From positions 620,001 through 684,000 of the forward strand of contig CBFFRQ010000057.1 in the NCBI GenBank assembly GCA_965644315.1: 64,000 bases of DNA, read 5' to 3'. A program made the position numbers and the translations under genes. The notes beneath the pieces were generated by a model. The model made no database searches. It was not told the origin of the DNA and saw only the letters and a list, made by a program, of their open reading frames with translations. Shown here one piece after another: positions 56,867-64,000 of this stretch. How positions within the stretch are numbered: the stretch's first letter is position 1; each line of letters begins with the position of its first letter. The DNA comes from Caecitellus pseudoparvulus. Its lineage: Eukaryota; Protista; Bigyra: Bicosoecida.

Positions 56867-57334
56867 ATGGAGCTCGCGGAATTTGAAGCCGCCCTTCAGG
56901 CATACCCTGTCGTGCGGCCAGCCACCACGGTCTTGCCACCACCAACTGTGAGTCTGGGCCTGCACCCAAACCCTCCACATGGAGTCTGCTGTGATGCACC
57001 CCCCGCCCCCTTCTCTTGATTTGCTCAGAGTCAAGGGGGCCTCTTTGGATCGGCTGGCGGAGGCGGCGCTGCCAAGTCCACGAGGCAGAGGGCCGCGGCG
57101 CCCCTTGCCCTGCACCTGCCAAGCACAGCCGAGTACAGCGCACTGGCTAAAGCGGGTGCCCAGCCATCAACTGCTGACGCCAAGCTGCGCGCATGGTGCG
57201 CTGCTGCCGGCATGTCACGGGACACTTGCCGAGAGGTGGAAGGGCGCATGCGTCTCCTGTCCACGGTGGTGGCCTTGAGTTTAAACCTGGAAGACATGGA
57301 GAGGGTGGCGCTAGCCCTAGAGTGCAGCGGGTGA
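56867..57334 (+). CDS. Small hypothetical protein (128 aa, 2 exons)
   Basis: MELAEFEAALQAYPVVRP..., phase-0 GT-AG intron 56948-57028, then an open frame to ...SLNLEDMERVALALECSG*. Not present as one ORF in the track. Confidence 0.65.
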
Positions 57335-57427
57335 AGTGCGGGGCAGAGCCGTGCGCTGCGCTGGGTGGACTGCTCCAAGCATGTTCATTAGGGGGCAAGG
57401 TCGCGAAGCACGGGCCAGCACACCACC

Positions 57428-60400
57428 TCACTGTTGTGCTGCTGCGGCGGCGCCCTGCGCTGCGTAGGTGCTCTTAATCTGCTGCAGGCGCTTGGGGTCT
57501 CCTAGGCCCCACATCTCCAGCACCACCAGCACCTTGTCGCGCGGCGTGCGGTAGAGGCTGGCAAAGGCAGGGCGGGACAAGCACACCAGTGCCATGCGCC
57601 CGACAGCCTCTGTGAAGGCAGCAAACGTCAATGCAGTGGTTTTGTCCTTGGTGCTGGCCTTGGCACCGGGCTGCATGAGGCCGTGCGTGACTGCGGTGGC
57701 TGCGAAGATGCTCTTCACTTCACTTTTGGAGGTGAAGGTAGGCACCACCATGTAATCCTTGCACAGGCGCAGGAAGGCCGACGCCGTCATGCCCGCACTG
57801 GGGCCACTGCCACAGTCAGCGTAGAACTTGAACAACTTGATGAGGGGCTTGGTGAAGTTGTCGAACAGCGCCATAACCTCTGGCTGGAACAGCTCGGCAG
57901 GGGCGTCCCCAGCGTCAGCAGCGCCGCCAGGCGCAGGTGCTGCCGGGGCAGGCGAGGGCCCCGACGCCGCTGCTGGCGCGCGTGTGGGCGGAGAGGACAG
58001 AGTGGGCACGCCGCCAGGCGTGACGGCGGTGGATGCCGGGGCACTGCCAGCAGCGCCTGCCGGGCCGCCGCCACGACGAGGAGGAGGAGACGCCGACGCA
58101 GCTGAGGCCAGCGCGTGTGCGTCCTGCTTCACCTTCTCGCCCAACTGGGTCATGGTGGCAAGCTGGGATGAGACCAACTCCCGGTCACGGTCGATGGACG
58201 CTCGCATGGCCTGCAGCTCCTCCATCTGCCGTGCGAAGTCTGCCTTGGCTGCCTCCAGCTCAGCCCGCTCCGCTGCCAGCGCGGCGCTGCCCTCGGACGT
58301 GTGAGACGCCGAAGTAGCAGTCAGGTGGGAGGGGGGGGGAGGGGGCGCGCCGGCCTCCTGGCTGGTGGGCGGTGGAGGGGGCACAGGTGTGGTGGAGGTG
58401 GCCGGGGCCGCTTGCGTCGTTGCCGTGCTGGCCCACGTGCTGGCAGCGTCGAAGCTGTGGCTGGCTGTGAACCCCTGGGATGCGGACTGCACAGTGCTGC
58501 TGGGTGTGTGTGCTGCCGAGAAGGAGCCGACGCTGCTGGGTGCAGGGCCCCCTGTCAGGCCTGTCCCCGCGAGAGCAGCGGTCAGTGCCTGCGCCCTGGC
58601 GAGGGTGGCCTGCATCTCCGGCGACAGCGCGGACACGGCAGCGGACACGGGGGGCGACGCCACGGGCTCCGGAGCCTGTGCCGCTGCTGGGCCCATGGCG
58701 GCGTCCATGTCCTCCTTGGTGAACAGGACCTGGGGCAGGAAGGGCGAGCCTGCGATGGGGCGCGCGTAGAAGAAGCCCTCCGCGTGCATGTTCACCTCCA
58801 CTTCGATTTGGGGTGCGATGCCACGCTGCGCCTTCTGCACATCCTCTGGCCCCAGCTGCACCTCGTACGTGACAGTGTAGCAGCCGTTGCCGTGGTCCAC
58901 GATGTCGTACGGGACGGCCGGGCCATGCACCAGAATCTCAAACTGGTCGCCGCCTTCGTTGCGAGGGCTGTCGAATTGATCCCGCGCAACCACTGTGAAG
59001 GTGTTCTTCTGCCCCAGCCGGGCGAACTTAGCACCCTCACCCGTCACGACGCAGTGCTTGGGCGCCGTCGGGGCAGGCCGCACTTCCGGCAGGAAGGGCG
59101 AGCCGAAGATGTGCTGCCCCTTGTACTTCACACACAGCTCGAAGGTGCCAGCTTTGGGAGGCACGTAGTTGACCTGCAGCGTGCCGTCTCCGACATCCTC
59201 CGGGTGCAGCTCGATCTCCAGGTCCGCGTTGGACAGGGACACAGTAAAGGGCTCCTCGTCGTCCCCGTCGGCAGGCAGCGGGTTCCCGTACTCGTCGAAG
59301 TTCTGCTGCGGCTGCGGCATGGCCTCCTCGTCAGGCTGGATCGTGAAGGTAGCCTGCTCGCCCAGCACAGCCTCTGACAATCCTGGCCCCCAGGCACGGT
59401 GCCGCATAGCGAGGTCCTTGTGCGCAGCTGCCTTGTCGGCCTCCTCTTTCTTGTGGGCCTCCAATGCAGCCATACTACTCAATGGGTCCATGTGGGGATT
59501 GAAACCCGCGTGGCCTTGCTCTGGGGAGGGGGCGCGGGCACCGTGAGTGTGGCAAGCCGGCGCGAAACGCCCGTGCACATGAAACGCAACTTACGCTGTT
59601 GCCGTGCGCGCTGCCGCGCAGCGCGCTTCTCTGGATCGTGCACATCCTTGTGGGCCTGGATCAAGTACTGGATGGTTTCCACCCACCTGTCAGCCTCATC
59701 CTCATTCTCACACGCCAGGACCATCTCCTCCTCACCAGACGGCCTCACGGTGAAGGTGTGCACGATGTCTTTGTTCGTGTGCTGGCCCTTGGAGTCGCCC
59801 GCCTCCACCTCGGTCAGCTCATCGATCTCGATCTCGGCTCTAGGGCGGTAGTCTTCCTCCTTGTCAAAGTACTGCAGTTGGCTTCCCACAACCCGCAGCA
59901 GCTTGTCAGCCCACCTCTTCCTCGTGAACCGGGAGCGAGACTTCTTCTTCACCCACCCTTCCCGGATTGCCAGCTTCGTTTCATCCACTTCTGGTTGCAT
60001 GCTGTCCTCATAGTCATCATACATGCCGTCCCCACCCTGATACCCGTCACCGCCGCCCCACCCAGCCCCGGACGCGTCTGCCTCTACTCCGTACCCACCA
60101 GCGCCTCCTTGCTGCTGCGGCGCCACGCGCGCCATCAGCAGCCTGCTGCGCGTGGACTCGATCGTGTCCTCCGTCTCCGCCAGCTTGTCTTGCAGCATGC
60201 GCATGTTCCAGGCACGCTGCCTGTCCACACGGTACGGCATACCGTACCGCTTGGGCGACGAGCCGTAGGCTCCGGTGCCAGCTCCCGCCAAAGGGCCGCG
60301 CCGCGGACCCGGGCTGCCGAAACGCCCTGACCCCGCGCCACCACTCTGCCCGAAGCGGCTGGGGCTGTCCCCGAATGCCCCTGCAGCATCATGATACCCA

Positions 60401-60447
60401 TCATGATCTGCATACTGATCGTACTGATCGCCGGGATCGTACGACAT
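57428..60447 (-). CDS. PH domain + two filamin (Ig-like) repeats + coiled coil + C-terminal EF-hand/p25-like helical domain protein
   Basis: PH: IREGWVKKK....KRW...LQYF...EADRWVETIQ. Intron 59594-59521. Filamin: GPGL.EA..G..ATFTI...D.GDGT..V.Y.P..AG......KY.GQHI.GSPF, with a second copy ending IAGSPF. C-terminal LIKLFKFYA...FLRLCKD...LTF..F.EA..RMA. Confidence 0.85.
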
Positions 60448-60806
60448 GGTTGCTTGCAACCCTTAGTGCGAAACGCCGCTTGCAGGTGCGGAAGTTGCAG
60501 CACAAGTGTTGACAAGTGGGAGGTTTGCACGACAATGACGCTCGCGGCTCAGCGAATCTCACGTGACATGCAGCTTTCTAGCGGTGGAGGAATTTACTCT
60601 CGTTAGTAAGGTTTGCCTGGCTTGTGCGCAGGGCGCCATTGCCACCCCCCCAAGGTCAGAGCTGAGGCTAGCAGACTGGCGCATCTTGCCGAGGAATGCA
60701 CATCACCCACCCACTCCCCTTCTGCAAGCACCGCTACTTGCGACCCTCTCTGTCTTTTCAGCTCCCTGAACCCCTCCCTGCGCCAGCTGTGCTCCGCAGG
60801 ATCGTG

Positions 60807-60816
60807 GCGGAAATTG
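60807..60816 (+). promoter_or_regulatory. GCGGAAATTG element upstream of the coactosin-like gene ATG
   Basis: 18 nt before ATG 60835. Confidence 0.55.
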
Positions 60817-60834
60817 CCTCCTGAAGTTGCAGAC

Positions 60835-61968
60835 ATGGCAAACCTCACGGCCGTGGCCGAGTCAGGCAAGTGGGACGAGCTTCGGGATGTCGAGCAGCCC
60901 ACCACATGGATGCTGGTGACTCTGAAGGCTGGGTCAAAGAAGAAGCTCGTCGTTGACGGCACGGGCGCTGGCGGGCTCGATGAGTTCAAGGCAGCATTGC
61001 GGGACGACACTGTACGTGGCAGCGTGTCACGTGACGGACGCTGCCGATGTGCAAGGCCTCTGCACCCCTGTCCGTGAACAGGTGCAATTCGGAGTGTATC
61101 GTGTGCTCGCTCTGGACCAGCGAGGCGGCCGCACTAGGTGAGACGAGCGCAGTTTGCACGCTGGCGTGGCTTGGCACGCGATTTCACCTCGCCACCCACC
61201 CTTGCCTGGTGCAGCAAGCGCTGCCGACTCCTGTATGTCCACTGGCAAGGGCCTGAGGTGAAGCCAATGGCCCGCGCCCGCTTCACGAGCATCAAGGCAG
61301 ATGTTGCAAGCTTCTTCACTGGCTGCTCCAACACTTACTTCATTGAGGACAGAGACGACATCAGCGAGGAGCGCTTCACCGCTGACCTGCTGGCCTGTGG
61401 CGGTGCCCACAAGCCCTCCAAGTATCAGTATGGTGCCGATTCTGAGGCCATCGAGGCCGTGCCTGCACAAGCCCCCGCGCCTGCTGCTGCAGCTGCCGGC
61501 TCAGGCTCTGGCCCCGTCGCTGCCCCTGCTCCTGCCCCAACTCCTGCTCCCGAGACGGAGGCGACCCCTGCTGAGGAGGAGGCGACCCCCGCTGAGGAGG
61601 AGGCGACTCCCGCTGAGGAGGAGGCGACTCCCGCTGAGGAGGAGGCGACCCCCGCTGAGGAGGAGGCGACCCCTGCTGAGGAGGAGGCGACCCCCGCTGA
61701 GGAGGAGGCGACCCCCGCTGAGGAGGAGGCGACCCCCGCTGAGGAGGAGGCGACCCCCGCTGAGGAGGAGGCGACCCCTGCTGAGGAGGAGGCGACTCCC
61801 GCTGAGGAGGAGGCGACTCCCGCTGAGGAGGAGGCGACCCCTGCTGAGGAGGAGGCGACTCCCGCTGAGGAGGAGGCGACTCCCGCTGAGGAGGAGGCGA
61901 CCCCCGCTGAGGGAACAGCTGTGACCGAAGATGATGAAACTCCATCGGACGATGGCGCTGAGGAGTAA
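60835..61968 (+). CDS. Coactosin-like ADF-H actin-binding protein with acidic EEEATPA repeat tail, 3 exons
   Basis: Introns at 61012-61081 and 61138-61214. W.ELRD....TTWML, GTGAGGLDEFKAAL.DD.VQFG..RV, KR.RLLYVHW.G..VKPM.RAR and GGAHKP..Y.YG. Confidence 0.85.
61558..61911 (+). repeat. Coding minisatellite, 17 x 21 bp (GAGGCGACYCCYGCTGAGGAG) encoding EATPAEE
   Basis: Directly visible tandem array; internal units differ only at synonymous third positions. Confidence 0.97.
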
Positions 61969-62458
61969 GCAGTCTTGGTGGCCCTTGCCTGTTGGTGAGA
62001 TTGGCACAGTTTCAAGTCACTGACAGCTGCATACTGAGCCCAGCTCGCTTTATACAGAGTGCAGAACACCCCAGAAGAAGCCAGGCAACAAATGCATAGA
62101 TCCAACTGGCCTGCACGTGCATCACTTCATGCTGGCTGGTGCCTGCGCTCAGGCTCGGTACGCTTCGCAAGCGCTTGCGAGTAGAGCAGAGGAGGTTCTT
62201 GCCCTCGGCGTCAGCTGTACAGACTGTACACAGACTGCATTCAACTGGTGTGCTGCACAGTTTTGACGGGCGTGGAGCTGATGCAGCCCGGGTGAGCAAC
62301 GTGTCAAGGGTTTGCATTCATGTGTGGGATCTCTGTATGGTTGGCGCGCGCTTTGCCACATCAACACGAGCCATGCTCACTTTCCAATTCTACGCGTGCC
62401 TAGCCACCACAGTCAAGCAGTCGTGTTGAAGGCTGCGTGCTGACTCGCGACAGTCGTC

Positions 62459-64000
62459 ATGGCTTCAGGGCGGTCAGCAGCTTGGGAGGATGTGCGCGGT
62501 GTTGCCTCAGCGGTGCCGGCAAGCCATGCTGCTGAAGCTGTGCTGAGTGGGGTTTCGACCGTTCTCCGTTTGCGATGGATTTCAGCTGTGGCGTTGTCTA
62601 CTGCACTGCTCAGTGCGGCGACAATTTCCCTGTCACTTCCTTGGGTGGCCGCTGTGTGGGTTCCACTGACAGTTGCGGAAGTTGGACTGAGCGTTGTGCA
62701 CGTGGCTGCATCGGCGCTCTCCTTGCCGACCCCAGAGAGTGCTCTTAGCTATGTGCATGGATGGCAGAGTAGCATTGTGCTTCCCGCGACGCATGAGGTG
62801 CTCTTCATGGTGGCAGCAGTCTTCCTCGCTCTCTGCGCTTGGCACGCTGTGCTGTGGCTGAATGCTGGCGTTGTGGGGTCCAAGTTCAGCTCTGCTGCAT
62901 TGACAGTGCGATGTCTCGTGAGGCCACGCCAGTGGATCTTGTTCGGGGCAGAGCTCCTCATGAACGGCGTCTTCGTCTCAATGCTACTATGGGGGGGTGC
63001 ATGGGCCGCGATTGAGGCCGTGGAGTGTCCTGCTGAGCTGTACAGTGCGTTCCGAGCCATCCCATTCCCGCACACCCAGCTCGCAGCACACACCCCCTTC
63101 CATCGAGCGCTCACAGGTGCACCTTCTACTCACAACCCCGCACACTATGCTCGCATTTCGTCAACCACGCCTCCTGAGCACGATGCATGGGGGGATGACA
63201 ACGACTTCGGCGGCCCTGGCCAGTCCCCGCTGCAAGCTGAGGCGCCTCCTGCAATGGACACGGCCGGGGTGGCGTATGGGTGCTATGCTCTTCCGCCTGC
63301 GGCAACTGCTCTCATGGTGTGCCTGCTGACTGTCTCGGCTTTCGTCACACTGGCAGTCTTGCGTGCTGACCTCAGTGTGGATGGTCGGTGGCAGCACCGA
63401 TGGGCAGTCATGGCAGGTCTGCACCAGCGTCTCACCGACTTTGCGACTGACGCACAAGAAGCTGAGGAGGTGGATTGGCGCAGCGTCAAGGCGGGTGGCG
63501 TTGAGGAGCCCCATCGACACGCCGGCGAGTCACCAGTTGGCATGTCCGCTGCGCAAGGCAGGACAGGGCGCCTGAACACCTCTGCCTTATCATCTGCGAC
63601 TTGGGCGTCTTCCTTGTCTCTACCAGCATGGGCTTCGGGGGGATCAGCTCATCCTTTAGTTGTGCCCCCCCGACTTTTGCCCAGCACTGGTGTGGCTCCT
63701 GGTGCTCCTTCCTGCCGCGCACCGCTGCTGCACCGCCTGACGGCAGCTCCTGTGGACATGCTCAGGCTCCTGCTTGACGTAGCTCTCCCTTCTGGCATGC
63801 TGGCTTTGGTTCTTCTGCTCACTTGCGGGTATCCGTTGGCCTTGGGTCTGGATGGAGTGTTGGGCAGCGTGTCCACCTTTGTTCGCCCGGGCTTCCGACT
63901 GGTGGTGCCGGCGTCGTCCCTCTCACTCTGGCACCAGTCCCCGCTTCAAATGCTGTGGCTTGCCGGAACGATTTGCTGTGCCGTTGCCTGCGCTGTGTCG
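62459..64000 (+). CDS. Hypothetical polytopic membrane protein (partial; runs off the window)
   Basis: ATG at 62459 opens a frame (MASGRSAAWEDVRG...) in which I found no stop up to nt 64000 (514 codons), with several hydrophobic segments. Absent from the ORF track because it lacks a stop. Confidence 0.6.
   Translation, partial: MASGRSAAWEDVRGVASAVPASHAAEAVLSGVSTVLRLRWISAVALSTALLSAATISLSLPWVAAVWVPLTVAEVGLSVVHVAASALSLPTPESALSYVHGWQSSIVLPATHEVLFMVAAVFLALCAWHAVLWLNAGVVGSKFSSAALTVRCLVRPRQWILFGAELLMNGVFVSMLLWGGAWAAIEAVECPAELYSAFRAIPFPHTQLAAHTPFHRALTGAPSTHNPAHYARISSTTPPEHDAWGDDNDFGGPGQSPLQAEAPPAMDTAGVAYGCYALPPAATALMVCLLTVSAFVTLAVLRADLSVDGRWQHRWAVMAGLHQRLTDFATDAQEAEEVDWRSVKAGGVEEPHRHAGESPVGMSAAQGRTGRLNTSALSSATWASSLSLPAWASGGSAHPLVVPPRLLPSTGVAPGAPSCRAPLLHRLTAAPVDMLRLLLDVALPSGMLALVLLLTCGYPLALGLDGVLGSVSTFVRPGFRLVVPASSLSLWHQSPLQMLWLAGTICCAVACAVS

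Noticed and set aside
61301-62105. Poly-RRRRPPL, ESPPPQR, GVASSSA and GRLLLS ORFs over the 21-bp repeat
   Set aside because: Unit variation is synonymous only in the EEEATPA frame and its in-register antisense frame; EEEATPA is the frame continuous with the ADF-H domain.
62459-64000. Assignment of the terminal membrane ORF to nucleoporin Ndc1
   Set aside because: Only general hydrophobic topology suggests it; there is no diagnostic motif and the gene is truncated by the window.

Overview
A GC-rich, very gene-dense eukaryotic window with about 30 protein-coding genes in 64 kb, short (about 65-90 nt) GT-AG spliceosomal introns and very short intergenic spacers. The style suggests a compact flagellated protist genome, possibly a heterotrophic stramenopile (inference only). 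Recognisable genes: GAPDH (3' end), SMG7/EST1-like, a C-type-lectin membrane protein, Dsc3-like, MOCS3/UBA4, a SAM methyltransferase, CDC40/Prp17, NIFK/Nop15, a MIR-less protein O-mannosyltransferase, glucosidase I (GH63), a Tctex1-family dynein light chain, sterol O-acyltransferase, a secreted permuted papain-like protein, short tRNase Z, a TIGR04283-like GT2 transferase, a large Kelch protein, a membrane-anchored aspartic protease, an mS33-like protein with a long extension, LMW-PTP, a PH+filamin protein and a coactosin-like protein with an acidic repeat tail. There are also several hypothetical proteins and two coding tandem repeats. I saw no RNA genes, transposons or CRISPR arrays. The most notable unexplained signal is a 10-bp element, GCGGAARTTG, on the sense strand 4-32 nt upstream of the start codon of at least six unrelated genes, a candidate lineage-specific core-promoter or 5'UTR motif. 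All family assignments come from recognising motifs by eye, not from database searches.
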